Of a stretch of DNA of 64,000 bases, positions 26,200 through 37,916 are shown piece after piece. The stretch lies in the NCBI RefSeq assembly GCF_024298765.1, contig NZ_CP101210.1, one strand, 5' to 3'. A program made the position numbers and the translations under genes. The notes beneath the pieces were generated by a model. It was given only the letters and a program-made list of their open reading frames with translations. It ran no database searches and was not told where the DNA came from. Origin of the DNA: Escherichia coli (GTDB lineage: Bacteria > Pseudomonadota > Gammaproteobacteria > Enterobacterales > Enterobacteriaceae). The stretch's first letter is position 1; each line of letters opens with the position of its first letter.

Positions 26200-26670
26200 A
26201 TGAAAACACAACGTGGTTATACGCTGATTGAAACGCTGGTCGCGATGCTGATTTTGGTCATGCTAAGCGCAAGTGGGCTCTATGGCTGGCAATACTGGCA
26301 GCAGTCGCAACGGCTTTGGCAAACCGCCAGCCAGGCGCGGGACTATTTGCTCTATTTACGTGAAGATGCCAACTGGCATAACCGCGACCACAGTATCAGT
26401 CTTATCAGGGAGGGGACGTTATGGTGCCTTGTGAGTTCCGTTGCTGGGGCGAATACCTGTCATGGCAGTTCACCATTGGTCTTTGTGCCGCGCTGGCCAG
26501 AAGTCGAAATGAGCGACCTGACACCTTCGGTTGCTTTCTTTGGCCTGCGCAATACCGCATGGGCCGGGCATATTCGCTTCAAAAACTCAACGGGCGAGTG
26601 GTGGCTGGTGGTTTCGCCGTGGGGAAGACTCCGGCTTTGTCAGCAAGGAGAAACAGAAGGATGCCTGTAA
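26200..26670 (+). CDS. ppdA: Prepilin-type N-terminal cleavage/methylation domain protein
   Basis: 156-aa ORF; N-terminus [19 protein letters not shown] is a class III prepilin signal. Confidence 0.85.
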   Translation: MKTQRGYTLIETLVAMLILVMLSASGLYGWQYWQQSQRLWQTASQARDYLLYLREDANWHNRDHSISLIREGTLWCLVSSVAGANTCHGSSPLVFVPRWPEVEMSDLTPSVAFFGLRNTAWAGHIRFKNSTGEWWLVVSPWGRLRLCQQGETEGCL

Positions 26671-27224
26671 AAGAGCAAGGTTTTTCTCTGCTGGAAGTGT
26701 TGATTGCTATGGCGATCAGTAGCGTATTGTTGCTGGGGGCTGCACGCTTTCTGCCTGCGTTACAGCGTGAAAGTTTAACGAGCACCCGTAAGCTGGCGCT
26801 GGAAGATGAAATCTGGCTGCGGGTATTTACCGTCGCGAAGCATCTCCAGAGGGCGGGTTATTGTCATGGCAGCTGTACCGGCGAAGGGCTGGAAATTGTC
26901 GGACAGGGTGACTGTATCATTGTGCAGTGGGATGCGAACAGTAACGGTATCTGGGATCGCGAACCGGTAAAAGAGTCCGATCAGATTGGATTTCGTCTGA
27001 AGGAGCATGTGCTGGAAACGCTACGCGGTGCGACATCCTGTGAAGGTAAGGGCTGGGATAAAGTCACTAATCCGGATGCCATCATTATCGACACTTTTCA
27101 GGTCGTACGTCAGGATGTCAGCGGCTTCTCGCCGGTGTTGACGGTTAATATGCGTGCTGCCAGTAAGTCTGAACCGCAAACCGTGGTGGATGCCAGCTAT
27201 AGCGTGACAGGATTCAACCTGTGA
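26661..27224 (+). CDS. ppdB: Prepilin-type protein (track ORF starts upstream at 26421; real start is the ATG at 26661)
   Basis: 187-aa product [21 protein letters not shown]... with prepilin signal; ATG preceded by AGGAGAAACAGAAGG. Confidence 0.85.
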   Translation: MPVKEQGFSLLEVLIAMAISSVLLLGAARFLPALQRESLTSTRKLALEDEIWLRVFTVAKHLQRAGYCHGSCTGEGLEIVGQGDCIIVQWDANSNGIWDREPVKESDQIGFRLKEHVLETLRGATSCEGKGWDKVTNPDAIIIDTFQVVRQDVSGFSPVLTVNMRAASKSEPQTVVDASYSVTGFNL

Positions 27225-27628
27225 ACCGCGAAAAGGGTGTTTCGTCACTGGCTCTGGTCCTGATGCTGCTGGTTTTGGGTAGCTTGCTATTACAAGGAAT
27301 GAGTCAGCAGGATCGCAGTTTTGCCTCTCGCGTGAGCATGGAAAGTCAGTCATTGCGCCGCCAGGCCATCGTTCAGTCGACGCTGGAGTGGGGAAAAATG
27401 CACTCCTGGCAGACACAGCCCGCAGTTCAGTGCTTACTGTACGCTGCCACCGGTGCCCGGGTTTGTCTGCGTTTATTGGCAGATAATGAGGCCTTATTGA
27501 TTGCCGGTTATGAAGGCGTTTCGTTGTGGCGAACAGGCGAAGTCATCGATGGAAACATTGTTTTTTCGCCACGCGGCTGGAGCGATTTTTGTCCGCTGAA
27601 AGAGGGGGCGTTATGTCAGCTTCCTTGA
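27221..27628 (+). CDS. ygdB: Putative pseudopilin-like protein
   Basis: 135-aa ORF with an N-terminal hydrophobic segment; overlaps the ppdB stop. Confidence 0.8.
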   Translation: MNREKGVSSLALVLMLLVLGSLLLQGMSQQDRSFASRVSMESQSLRRQAIVQSTLEWGKMHSWQTQPAVQCLLYAATGARVCLRLLADNEALLIAGYEGVSLWRTGEVIDGNIVFSPRGWSDFCPLKEGALCQLP

Positions 27629-27936
27629 AGAATCAACAAGGCTTTAGCCTCCCGGAGGTGATGTTGGCAATGGTGCTGATGGTGATGATTGTCACTGCGT
27701 TATCGGGTTTCCAGCGAACATTAATGAACAGTCTTGCCAGTAGAAACCAGTACCAACAGCTCTGGCGGCATGGCTGGCAGCAAACGCAACTGCGCGCGAA
27801 TTCGCCACCTGCCCACTGGCAGGTCAACCGAATGCAGACATCGCAGGCGGGATGTGTCAGCATCAGCGTTACGCTAGTTTCACCCGGGGGCAGAGAAGGC
27901 GAGATGACCCGCCTGCATTGCCCGAATCGTCAGTAG
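27613..27936 (+). CDS. ppdC: Prepilin-type protein (real start at 27613 rather than track start 27526)
   Basis: 107-aa product [24 protein letters not shown]...; prepilin signal. Confidence 0.8.
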   Translation: MSASLKNQQGFSLPEVMLAMVLMVMIVTALSGFQRTLMNSLASRNQYQQLWRHGWQQTQLRANSPPAHWQVNRMQTSQAGCVSISVTLVSPGGREGEMTRLHCPNRQ

Positions 27937-27948
27937 TCAGGAGCCGCT

Positions 27949-30900
27949 ATGTTAAGGGTCTACCATTCCAATCGTCTGGACGTGCTGGAAGCGTTGATGG
28001 AGTTTATCGTCGAACGCGAACGGCTGGACGATCCTTTCGAACCAGAAATGATTCTGGTGCAAAGTACCGGTATGGCGCAGTGGCTGCAAATGACCCTGTC
28101 GCAAAAGTTTGGTATTGCGGCAAACATTGATTTTCCGCTGCCAGCGAGCTTTATCTGGGATATGTTCGTCCGGGTGTTACCGGAAATCCCCAAAGAGAGC
28201 GCCTTTAACAAACAGAGCATGAGCTGGAAACTGATGACTCTGCTGCCGCAACTGTTGGAGCGCGAAGACTTTACCCTGTTGCGGCATTATCTGACTGACG
28301 ATAGCGACAAGCGAAAACTGTTCCAGCTTTCTTCAAAAGCGGCGGACCTGTTTGACCAGTATCTGGTCTATCGTCCGGACTGGCTGGCACAGTGGGAAAC
28401 AGGACATTTGGTTGAAGGGCTGGGAGAAGCACAGGCCTGGCAAGCGCCGTTGTGGAAGGCTTTGGTGGAATATACCCATCAACTCGGGCAACCGCGCTGG
28501 CACCGCGCCAATCTCTATCAGCGCTTTATCGAAACGCTGGAGTCCGCGACGACCTGCCCGCCGGGGTTACCTTCGCGCGTCTTTATATGCGGTATTTCCG
28601 CGTTACCGCCTGTTTATCTCCAGGCGCTACAGGCGCTGGGTAAACATATTGAAATCCATCTCCTGTTTACCAACCCCTGCCGTTATTACTGGGGCGACAT
28701 TAAAGATCCAGCTTATCTGGCGAAACTACTGACTCGCCAGCGCCGACACAGTTTTGAAGATCGCGAATTACCGCTATTTCGCGACAGCGAAAATGCCGGG
28801 CAGCTCTTTAACAGCGATGGTGAACAGGATGTCGGCAACCCGCTGCTGGCTTCATGGGGCAAGCTTGGGCGCGACTACATTTATCTCCTTTCTGACCTGG
28901 AGAGCAGCCAGGAGCTGGACGCTTTTGTCGATGTGACGCCAGATAACCTGCTGCATAATATTCAGTCTGACATTCTGGAACTGGAAAACCGCGCCGTTGC
29001 TGGTGTGAACATCGAAGAGTTTTCCCGTAGCGATAACAAACGCCCGCTTGATCCACTGGATAGCAGTATCACCTTCCACGTTTGCCATAGCCCGCAGCGT
29101 GAAGTTGAAGTTTTACACGATCGCCTGCTGGCGATGCTGGAGGAAGACCCGACACTGACTCCGCGCGACATCATCGTGATGGTGGCTGATATCGACAGCT
29201 ACAGTCCGTTTATTCAGGCTGTGTTTGGTAGCGCACCTGCGGATCGTTACCTGCCTTACGCCATTTCCGACCGTCGGGCGCGGCAGTCGCATCCTGTACT
29301 TGAAGCGTTTATCAGCCTGTTATCGCTGCCAGACAGCCGCTTTGTGTCGGAAGACGTGCTGGCATTACTGGATGTGCCGGTGCTGGCAGCGCGGTTTGAC
29401 ATCACCGAAGAAGGGCTGCGTTATTTACGCCAGTGGGTCAACGAATCCGGCATTCGTTGGGGGATAGATGACGACAACGTTCGCGAGCTGGAACTCCCCG
29501 CCACCGGACAACACACCTGGCGATTTGGCCTGACGCGTATGTTGCTGGGCTACGCGATGGAGAGCGCGCAGGGCGAGTGGCAATCGGTTCTACCTTATGA
29601 TGAATCGAGCGGCTTAATTGCAGAACTGGTGGGGCATCTGGCTTCACTGCTAATGCAGCTAAACATCTGGCGTCGCGGGCTGGCCCAGGAGCGTCCGCTG
29701 GAAGAGTGGTTGCCGGTTTGTCGCGATATGCTCAACGCCTTCTTCCTGCCGGATACGGAAACCGAAGCGGCGATGACGCTGATCGAACAACAATGGCAGG
29801 CGATTATCGCCGAAGGTTTAGGTGCGCAGTATGGCGACGCGGTGCCGCTGTCACTATTGCGTGATGAACTGGCACAGCGCCTGGATCAGGAACGTATCAG
29901 CCAGCGTTTTCTCGCCGGACCGGTTAACATTTGTACTCTGATGCCAATGCGTTCCATCCCATTCAAAGTGGTTTGCCTGCTGGGAATGAACGACGGCGTT
30001 TATCCACGCCAGCTTGCGCCATTGGGCTTTGACCTGATGAGCCAGAAACCGAAGCGTGGCGACCGTAGCCGTCGCGATGACGACCGCTATCTGTTCCTGG
30101 AAGCGTTAATTTCCGCGCAGCAAAAACTCTATATCAGCTATATCGGGCGTTCTATTCAGGATAACAGTGAACGTTTCCCGTCGGTACTGGTGCAGGAACT
30201 GATCGACTACATCGGGCAAAGCCATTATCTACCGGGCGATGAAGCGCTCAACTGTGATGAAAGCGAGGCAAGGGTAAAAGCGCATCTTACTTGCCTCCAT
30301 ACCCGGATGCCGTTTGATCCGCAAAACTACCAGCCAGGCGAACGACAAAGCTATGCTCGTGAATGGCTACCTGCGGCCAGCCAGGCTGGTAAAGCACATT
30401 CTGAATTTGTTCAGCCGCTGCCGTTTACCTTACCGGAAACCGTGCCGCTGGAAACGCTACAACGATTCTGGGCACATCCGGTACGGGCGTTCTTCCAGAT
30501 GCGTTTGCAGGTGAACTTCCGTACTGAAGACAGCGAAATCCCCGACACCGAGCCATTTATTCTGGAAGGGCTTAGCCGTTATCAAATCAATCAGCAGTTA
30601 TTGAATGCACTGGTTGAGCAGGATGATGCCGAACGCTTGTTCCGCCGCTTCCGGGCGGCGGGGGATTTACCGTATGGCGCTTTTGGTGAAATTTTCTGGG
30701 AAACACAGTGCCAGGAGATGCAGCAGCTTGCCGACAGAGTCATTGCCTGTCGCCAGCTGGGGCAGAGTATGGAAATTGATCTCGCCTGCAACGGTGTGCA
30801 GATAACTGGCTGGTTGCCGCAGGTGCAGCCGGATGGCCTGTTGCGCTGGCGTCCCTCTTTATTAAGTGTGGCGCAGGGAATGCAACTTTGGCTGGAACAC

Positions 30901-31317
30901 CTTGTCTACTGTGCCAGCGGTGGTAATGGTGAAAGTCGCCTTTTTCTACGCAAAGACGGCGAGTGGCGTTTTCCGCCGCTTGCAGCCGAACAGGCTTTGC
31001 ATTACCTCTCACAACTGATTGAGGGGTATCGTGAAGGAATGTCCGCGCCATTGCTGGTGTTACCTGAAAGTGGCGGCGCGTGGCTAAAAACCTGTTATGA
31101 CGCGCAAAACGATGCCATGCTGGATGACGATTCCACGTTACAAAAAGCCCGTACGAAATTCCTTCAGGCTTACGAAGGCAACATGATGGTGCGTGGCGAA
31201 GGTGATGATATCTGGTATCAACGGCTCTGGCGGCAATTAACACCAGAGACAATGGAGGCTATCGTTGAACAGTCGCAACGTTTCCTGTTACCGCTGTTTC
31301 GCTTTAATCAGTCATGA
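27949..31317 (+). CDS. recC: Exodeoxyribonuclease V gamma subunit
   Basis: 1122-aa ORF recognised as RecC; synteny ppdC-recC-ptrA-recB-recD. Confidence 0.95.
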   Translation: MLRVYHSNRLDVLEALMEFIVERERLDDPFEPEMILVQSTGMAQWLQMTLSQKFGIAANIDFPLPASFIWDMFVRVLPEIPKESAFNKQSMSWKLMTLLPQLLEREDFTLLRHYLTDDSDKRKLFQLSSKAADLFDQYLVYRPDWLAQWETGHLVEGLGEAQAWQAPLWKALVEYTHQLGQPRWHRANLYQRFIETLESATTCPPGLPSRVFICGISALPPVYLQALQALGKHIEIHLLFTNPCRYYWGDIKDPAYLAKLLTRQRRHSFEDRELPLFRDSENAGQLFNSDGEQDVGNPLLASWGKLGRDYIYLLSDLESSQELDAFVDVTPDNLLHNIQSDILELENRAVAGVNIEEFSRSDNKRPLDPLDSSITFHVCHSPQREVEVLHDRLLAMLEEDPTLTPRDIIVMVADIDSYSPFIQAVFGSAPADRYLPYAISDRRARQSHPVLEAFISLLSLPDSRFVSEDVLALLDVPVLAARFDITEEGLRYLRQWVNESGIRWGIDDDNVRELELPATGQHTWRFGLTRMLLGYAMESAQGEWQSVLPYDESSGLIAELVGHLASLLMQLNIWRRGLAQERPLEEWLPVCRDMLNAFFLPDTETEAAMTLIEQQWQAIIAEGLGAQYGDAVPLSLLRDELAQRLDQERISQRFLAGPVNICTLMPMRSIPFKVVCLLGMNDGVYPRQLAPLGFDLMSQKPKRGDRSRRDDDRYLFLEALISAQQKLYISYIGRSIQDNSERFPSVLVQELIDYIGQSHYLPGDEALNCDESEARVKAHLTCLHTRMPFDPQNYQPGERQSYAREWLPAASQAGKAHSEFVQPLPFTLPETVPLETLQRFWAHPVRAFFQMRLQVNFRTEDSEIPDTEPFILEGLSRYQINQQLLNALVEQDDAERLFRRFRAAGDLPYGAFGEIFWETQCQEMQQLADRVIACRQLGQSMEIDLACNGVQITGWLPQVQPDGLLRWRPSLLSVAQGMQLWLEHLVYCASGGNGESRLFLRKDGEWRFPPLAAEQALHYLSQLIEGYREGMSAPLLVLPESGGAWLKTCYDAQNDAMLDDDSTLQKARTKFLQAYEGNMMVRGEGDDIWYQRLWRQLTPETMEAIVEQSQRFLLPLFRFNQS

Positions 31318-31492
31318 GTGCTGTATAAAAATTGCGCAATATATCTGCTTGCTTTATGATGCGCACCAGTCACGGACTGATGGATATATAGACATAGGCT
31401 GACTCGTTCAGCACAAGATTAAATTCTGGCAGATGATTTGCGTTAACCTGTTGAATCTGGCCAGAAAATAAAGTTGATTATGAGGTCCGTGA

Positions 31493-34381
31493 ATGCCCCG
31501 CAGCACCTGGTTCAAAGCATTATTGTTGTTTGTTGCCCTTTGGGCACCCTTAAGTCAGGCAGAAACGGGATGGCAGCCGATTCAGGAAACCATCCGTAAA
31601 AGTGATAAAGATAACCGCCAGTATCAGGCTATACGTCTGGATAACGGTATGGTGGTCTTGCTGGTTTCTGATCCGCAGGCGGTTAAATCGCTCTCGGCGC
31701 TGGTAGTGCCCGTTGGGTCGCTGGAAGATCCCGAGGCGTACCAGGGGCTGGCACATTACCTTGAACATATGAGTCTGATGGGGTCGAAAAAGTACCCGCA
31801 GGCTGACAGTCTGGCCGAATATCTCAAAATGCACGGCGGCAGTCACAATGCCAGCACGGCACCGTATCGCACGGCTTTCTATCTGGAAGTTGAGAACGAC
31901 GCCTTGCCCGGTGCGGTAGACCGCCTGGCGGACGCTATTGCAGAACCCTTGCTCGACAAGAAATACGCCGAACGTGAACGTAATGCAGTGAATGCCGAAT
32001 TAACCATGGCGCGTACGCGTGACGGGATGCGCATGGCACAGGTCAGCGCAGAAACCATTAACCCGGCACACCCCGGTTCAAAGTTTTCTGGTGGTAACCT
32101 CGAAACTTTAAGCGACAAACCCGGAAATCCGGTGCAGCAGGCGCTGAAAGATTTTCACGAGAAATATTACTCTGCCAATCTGATGAAGGCGGTTATTTAC
32201 AGCAATAAACCGCTGCCGGAGTTGGCAAAAATGGCGGCGGACACCTTTGGTCGCGTGCCGAACAAAGAGAGCAAAAAACCGGAAATCACCGTGCCGGTAG
32301 TCACCGACGCGCAAAAAGGTATTATCATTCATTACGTCCCGGCGCTGCCGCGTAAAGTTCTGCGCGTTGAGTTTCGCATCGATAACAATTCAGCGAAGTT
32401 CCGTAGTAAAACGGATGAATTGATTACCTATCTGATCGGTAATCGCAGCCCAGGTACACTTTCTGACTGGCTGCAAAAGCAGGGATTAGTTGAGGGCATT
32501 AGCGCCAATTCCGATCCTATCGTCAACGGCAACAGCGGCGTATTAGCGATCTCTGCGTCTTTAACCGATAAAGGTCTGGCGAATCGCGATCAGGTTGTGG
32601 CGGCCATTTTTAGCTACCTCAATCTGTTACGCGAAAAAGGGATTGATAAACAATACTTCGATGAACTGGCGAATGTGCTGGATATCGACTTTCGTTATCC
32701 GTCAATCACCCGTGATATGGATTACGTCGAATGGCTGGCAGATACCATGATTCGCGTTCCTGTTGAGCATACGCTGGATGCAGTCAATATTGCCGATCGG
32801 TACGACGCTAAAGCAGTAAAAGAACGCCTGGCGATGATGACGCCGCAGAATGCGCGTATCTGGTATATCAGCCCGAAAGAGCCGCACAACAAAACGGCTT
32901 ACTTTGTCGATGCGCCGTATCAGGTCGATAAAATTAGCGCACAAACTTTCGCTGACTGGCAGAAAAAAGCCGCCGACATTGCGCTCTCTTTGCCAGAGCT
33001 TAACCCCTATATTCCTGACGATTTCTCGCTGATTAAGTCAGAGAAGAAATATGACCATCCAGAGCTTATTGTTGATGAGTCGAATCTGCGTGTGGTCTAT
33101 GCGCCAAGCCGTTATTTTTCCAGCGAACCCAAAGCTGATGTCAGCCTGATTTTGCGTAATCCGAAAGCCATGGACAGCGCCCGCAATCAGGTGATGTTTG
33201 CGCTCAATGATTATCTTGCCGGGCTAGCGCTTGATCAGTTAAGCAACCAGGCGTCGGTTGGTGGCATTAGTTTTTCCACCAACGCTAACAACGGCCTTAT
33301 GGTTAATGCTAATGGTTACACCCAGCGTCTGCCGCAGCTGTTCCAGGCATTGCTCGAGGGGTACTTTAGCTATACCGCTACGGAAGATCAGCTTGAGCAG
33401 GCGAAGTCCTGGTATAACCAGATGATGGATTCCGCAGAAAAGGGCAAAGCGTTCGAGCAGGCGATTATGCCCGCGCAGATGCTCTCGCAAGTGCCGTACT
33501 TCTCGCGAGATGAACGGCGCAAAATTTTGCCTTCAATCACTTTGAAAGAGGTGCTGGCCTATCGCGACGCCTTAAAATCAGGGGCTCGACCAGAGTTTAT
33601 GGTTATTGGCAACATGACCGAAGCCCAGGCAACAACGCTGGCACGCGATGTGCAAAAACAGTTGGGCGCTGATGGTTCGGAGTGGTGCCGTAACAAAGAT
33701 GTCGTGGTCGATAAAAAACAATCTGTCATCTTTGAAAAAGCCGGTAACAGCACCGACTCCGCACTGGCAGCGGTATTTGTACCGACTGGCTACGATGAAT
33801 ACACCAGCTCAGCCTATAGCTCTCTGTTGGGGCAGATCGTACAGCCGTGGTTCTACAATCAGTTGCGTACCGAAGAACAGTTGGGCTATGCCGTGTTTGC
33901 GTTTCCAATGAGCGTGGGGCGTCAGTGGGGCATGGGCTTCCTTTTGCAAAGCAATGATAAACAGCCTTCATTCTTGTGGGAGCGTTACAAGGCGTTTTTC
34001 CCAACCGCAGAGGCAAAATTGCGGGCGATGAAGCCAGAGGAGTTTGCGCAAATCCAGCAGGCGGTAATAACCCAGATGCTGCAGGCACCGCAAACGCTCG
34101 GCGAAGAAGCATCGAAGTTAAGTAAAGATTTCGATCGCGGCAATATGCGCTTCGATTCGCGTGATAAAATCGTGGCCCAGATAAAACTGCTGACGCCGCA
34201 AAAACTTGCTGATTTCTTCCATCAGGCGGTGGTCGAGCCGCAAGGCATGGCTATTCTGTCGCAGATTTCCGGCAGCCAGAACGGGAAAGCCGAATATGTG
34301 CATCCTGAAGGCTGGAAAGTGTGGGAGAACGTCAGCGCGTTGCAGCAAACAATGCCCCTGATGAGTGAAAAGAATGAGTGA
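31493..34381 (+). CDS. ptrA: Protease III / pitrilysin (M16 zinc metallopeptidase)
   Basis: 962-aa ORF with signal peptide and inverted zinc motif HYLEHM (HxxEH). Confidence 0.95.
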   Translation: MPRSTWFKALLLFVALWAPLSQAETGWQPIQETIRKSDKDNRQYQAIRLDNGMVVLLVSDPQAVKSLSALVVPVGSLEDPEAYQGLAHYLEHMSLMGSKKYPQADSLAEYLKMHGGSHNASTAPYRTAFYLEVENDALPGAVDRLADAIAEPLLDKKYAERERNAVNAELTMARTRDGMRMAQVSAETINPAHPGSKFSGGNLETLSDKPGNPVQQALKDFHEKYYSANLMKAVIYSNKPLPELAKMAADTFGRVPNKESKKPEITVPVVTDAQKGIIIHYVPALPRKVLRVEFRIDNNSAKFRSKTDELITYLIGNRSPGTLSDWLQKQGLVEGISANSDPIVNGNSGVLAISASLTDKGLANRDQVVAAIFSYLNLLREKGIDKQYFDELANVLDIDFRYPSITRDMDYVEWLADTMIRVPVEHTLDAVNIADRYDAKAVKERLAMMTPQNARIWYISPKEPHNKTAYFVDAPYQVDKISAQTFADWQKKAADIALSLPELNPYIPDDFSLIKSEKKYDHPELIVDESNLRVVYAPSRYFSSEPKADVSLILRNPKAMDSARNQVMFALNDYLAGLALDQLSNQASVGGISFSTNANNGLMVNANGYTQRLPQLFQALLEGYFSYTATEDQLEQAKSWYNQMMDSAEKGKAFEQAIMPAQMLSQVPYFSRDERRKILPSITLKEVLAYRDALKSGARPEFMVIGNMTEAQATTLARDVQKQLGADGSEWCRNKDVVVDKKQSVIFEKAGNSTDSALAAVFVPTGYDEYTSSAYSSLLGQIVQPWFYNQLRTEEQLGYAVFAFPMSVGRQWGMGFLLQSNDKQPSFLWERYKAFFPTAEAKLRAMKPEEFAQIQQAVITQMLQAPQTLGEEASKLSKDFDRGNMRFDSRDKIVAQIKLLTPQKLADFFHQAVVEPQGMAILSQISGSQNGKAEYVHPEGWKVWENVSALQQTMPLMSEKNE

Positions 34382-37300
34382 TGTCGCCGAGACACTAGAT
34401 CCTTTGCGCTTGCCCTTACAGGGCGAGCGCCTGATTGAAGCCTCTGCCGGCACAGGCAAAACCTTTACGATTGCGGCGCTCTATTTGCGCCTGTTACTTG
34501 GACTAGGCGGTTCTGCCGCCTTTCCCCGCCCGCTGACCGTTGAAGAACTGCTGGTGGTCACCTTTACCGAGGCTGCCACGGCAGAATTGCGCGGTCGTAT
34601 CCGTAGCAATATCCACGAGTTGCGCATCGCCTGTCTGCGTGAAACCACCGACAATCCACTGTACGAACGCCTGCTGGAAGAGATCGACGATAAAGCGCAA
34701 GCCGCGCAGTGGTTGTTGTTAGCCGAACGGCAGATGGATGAAGCGGCAGTCTTTACTATTCACGGTTTTTGCCAGCGCATGCTCAACCTGAATGCCTTTG
34801 AATCCGGCATGCTGTTTGAGCAGCAGCTGATTGAAGATGAGTCTCTGCTACGTTACCAGGCCTGCGCCGATTTCTGGCGTCGCCACTGCTACCCGCTGCC
34901 GCGTGAAATTGCCCAGGTCGTCTTTGAAACCTGGAAAGGGCCGCAGGCGTTACTGCGCGATATTAATCGTTATCTGCAAGGCGAAGCGCCGGTTATCAAA
35001 GCGCCGCCGCCCGATGATGAAACGCTGGCTTCCCGCCACGCGCAAATTGTGGCGCGTATTGATACGGTAAAACAGCAGTGGCGCGACGCGGTGGGTGAAC
35101 TGGATGCGCTGATCGAATCTTCTGGTATTGATCGACGCAAGTTTAACCGTAGCAATCAGGCTAAATGGATCGACAAGATCAGCGCCTGGGCAGAAGAAGA
35201 GACCAACAGTTATCAGTTGCCAGAGTCGCTGGAAAAATTCTCTCAGCGTTTCTTAGAAGATCGCACGAAAGCCGGGGGGGAAACCCCGCGACATCCACTG
35301 TTTGAGGCGATCGATCAACTGCTTGCAGAACCATTGTCGATCCGCGATCTGGTGATCACTCGCGCATTAGCTGAGATCCGCGAAACAGTAGCGCGTGAAA
35401 AACGCCGCCGTGGCGAATTGGGTTTTGATGACATGTTAAGTCGGCTCGATTCCGCGCTGCGTAGTGAAAGCGGCGAGGTATTGGCAGCGGCGATCCGTAC
35501 GCGATTCCCGGTGGCAATGATCGATGAATTTCAGGATACCGACCCCCAGCAGTACCGAATTTTTCGCCGTATCTGGCACCATCAGCCGGAAACCGCATTG
35601 TTGCTGATTGGCGACCCGAAACAGGCTATTTATGCATTCCGGGGTGCGGATATCTTCACTTATATGAAGGCGCGTAGCGAAGTTCATGCTCACTACACCT
35701 TAGATACCAACTGGCGTTCCGCACCGGGAATGGTGAACAGCGTTAACAAACTTTTCAGCCAGACTGATGACGCGTTCATGTTTCGTGAAATACCGTTTAT
35801 TCCTGTGAAATCTGCCGGCAAAAATCAGGCGTTACGTTTTGTGTTTAAAGGTGAAACGCAGCCTGCGATGAAAATGTGGCTGATGGAAGGCGAAAGCTGC
35901 GGCGTTGGCGACTATCAAAGTACCATGGCGCAGGTATGTGCTGCGCAAATCCGCGACTGGCTACAAGCCGGACAGCGGGGCGAAGCGTTGCTGATGAACG
36001 GCGACGACGCGCGTCCGGTGCGTGCTTCGGACATCAGTGTGCTGGTGCGCAGCCGCCAGGAGGCCGCCCAGGTGCGCGATGCCTTAACGCTGCTGGAAAT
36101 CCCTTCCGTTTACCTTTCGAACCGCGACAGTGTTTTTGAAACTCTGGAAGCGCAGGAGATGCTTTGGCTGTTGCAGGCGGTGATGACTCCCGAACGTGAG
36201 AACACCCTGCGCAGTGCGCTGGCAACGTCAATGATGGGGCTGAATGCGCTGGATATTGAAACGCTGAATAATGACGAACATGCGTGGGATGCGGTCGTCG
36301 AAGAGTTCGATGGTTATCGGCAAATCTGGCGCAAACGTGGCGTTATGCCGATGCTGCGGGCGCTGATGTCGGCGCGTAACATTGCAGAAAACTTGCTGGC
36401 AACAGCAGGCGGTGAGCGGCGTCTTACCGATATCTTGCATATCAGCGAATTGCTACAAGAAGCCGGAACGCAGCTGGAAAGTGAACATGCGCTGGTACGC
36501 TGGTTATCGCAACATATCCTCGAGCCAGACAGTAATGCCTCCAGCCAACAAATGCGCCTCGAAAGTGATAAACATCTGGTGCAGATTGTCACGATCCATA
36601 AATCAAAAGGGCTGGAATATCCGCTGGTCTGGTTGCCATTTATTACCAATTTCCGCGTCCAGGATCAGGCGTTCTATCACGATCGCCACTCGTTTGAGGC
36701 AGTTTTGGATCTTAACGCTGCGCCAGAAAGCGTCGATCTCGCGGAGGCCGAACGTCTGGCGGAAGATCTGCGTTTGCTTTACGTGGCGCTGACGCGTTCG
36801 GTTTGGCATTGCAGTCTCGGCGTTGCACCGCTGGTGCGCCGTCGTGGCGATAAAAAAGGTGACACCGACGTCCACCAAAGTGCGCTCGGGCGTTTGCTGC
36901 AAAAAGGGGAACCGCAAGATGCGGCAGGGCTTCGCACCTGTATTGAAGCGTTATGCGATGATGATATTGCCTGGCAAACGGCACAAACTGGTGATAACCA
37001 GCCCTGGCAGGTTAATGATGCTATAACTGCAGAACTGAATGCGAGGACGCTACAACGATTGCCCGGCGATAACTGGCGTGTCACCAGCTACTCCGGTTTG
37101 CAGCAGCGTGGTCACGGTATCGCTCAGGATCTGATGCCACGGCTGGATGTTGATGCCGCAGGCGTGGTCAGCGTCGTTGACGAACCGACGTTAACACCGC
37201 ATCAGTTCCCGCGCGGTGCGTCACCGGGGACATTCTTGCACAGTTTGTTTGAAGACCTCGATTTTACCCAGCCGGTTGACCCGAACTGGGTACAGGAAAA

Positions 37301-37916
37301 ACTGGAACTCGGCGGCTTTGAATCGCAGTGGGAACCGGTGTTGACCGAGTGGATCACGGCTGTCCTCCAGGCACCTCTCAATGAAACGGGTGTTAGCCTG
37401 AGTCAGCTTTCCGACCGCGATAAACAGGTGGAGATGGAGTTTTACCTGCCGATTAGCGAACCGCTCATCGCCAGCCAGCTTGATGCACTAATTCGCCAGT
37501 TTGACTCGCTATCCGCTGGCTGCCCGCCGCTGGAGTTCATGCAGGTACGCGGCATGTTAAAAGGCTTTATTGACCTGGTGTTCCGCCACGAAGGGCGTTA
37601 TTACCTGCTCGACTATAAATCCAACTGGTTGGGTGAAGACAGTTCTGCTTACACCCAACAGGCTATGGCAGCGGCAATGCAGGCACACCGCTATGATCTG
37701 CAATATCAGCTTTATACCCTGGCGCTGCACCGTTATCTGCGCCATCGCATTGCTGATTACGACTATGAGCGCCACTTTGGCGGCGTTATTTATCTGTTCC
37801 TGCGTGGTGTTGATAAAGAACATCCGCAACAAGGGATCTACGCGACCCGACCCAACGCCGGGTTGATTGACCTGATGGATGAGATGTTTGCCGGTATCAC
37901 CCTGGAGGAGGCGTAA
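34374..37916 (+). CDS. recB: Exodeoxyribonuclease V beta subunit (helicase-nuclease)
   Basis: 1180-aa product starting [30 protein letters not shown] (Walker A); overlaps the ptrA stop. Confidence 0.95.
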   Translation: MSDVAETLDPLRLPLQGERLIEASAGTGKTFTIAALYLRLLLGLGGSAAFPRPLTVEELLVVTFTEAATAELRGRIRSNIHELRIACLRETTDNPLYERLLEEIDDKAQAAQWLLLAERQMDEAAVFTIHGFCQRMLNLNAFESGMLFEQQLIEDESLLRYQACADFWRRHCYPLPREIAQVVFETWKGPQALLRDINRYLQGEAPVIKAPPPDDETLASRHAQIVARIDTVKQQWRDAVGELDALIESSGIDRRKFNRSNQAKWIDKISAWAEEETNSYQLPESLEKFSQRFLEDRTKAGGETPRHPLFEAIDQLLAEPLSIRDLVITRALAEIRETVAREKRRRGELGFDDMLSRLDSALRSESGEVLAAAIRTRFPVAMIDEFQDTDPQQYRIFRRIWHHQPETALLLIGDPKQAIYAFRGADIFTYMKARSEVHAHYTLDTNWRSAPGMVNSVNKLFSQTDDAFMFREIPFIPVKSAGKNQALRFVFKGETQPAMKMWLMEGESCGVGDYQSTMAQVCAAQIRDWLQAGQRGEALLMNGDDARPVRASDISVLVRSRQEAAQVRDALTLLEIPSVYLSNRDSVFETLEAQEMLWLLQAVMTPERENTLRSALATSMMGLNALDIETLNNDEHAWDAVVEEFDGYRQIWRKRGVMPMLRALMSARNIAENLLATAGGERRLTDILHISELLQEAGTQLESEHALVRWLSQHILEPDSNASSQQMRLESDKHLVQIVTIHKSKGLEYPLVWLPFITNFRVQDQAFYHDRHSFEAVLDLNAAPESVDLAEAERLAEDLRLLYVALTRSVWHCSLGVAPLVRRRGDKKGDTDVHQSALGRLLQKGEPQDAAGLRTCIEALCDDDIAWQTAQTGDNQPWQVNDAITAELNARTLQRLPGDNWRVTSYSGLQQRGHGIAQDLMPRLDVDAAGVVSVVDEPTLTPHQFPRGASPGTFLHSLFEDLDFTQPVDPNWVQEKLELGGFESQWEPVLTEWITAVLQAPLNETGVSLSQLSDRDKQVEMEFYLPISEPLIASQLDALIRQFDSLSAGCPPLEFMQVRGMLKGFIDLVFRHEGRYYLLDYKSNWLGEDSSAYTQQAMAAAMQAHRYDLQYQLYTLALHRYLRHRIADYDYERHFGGVIYLFLRGVDKEHPQQGIYATRPNAGLIDLMDEMFAGITLEEA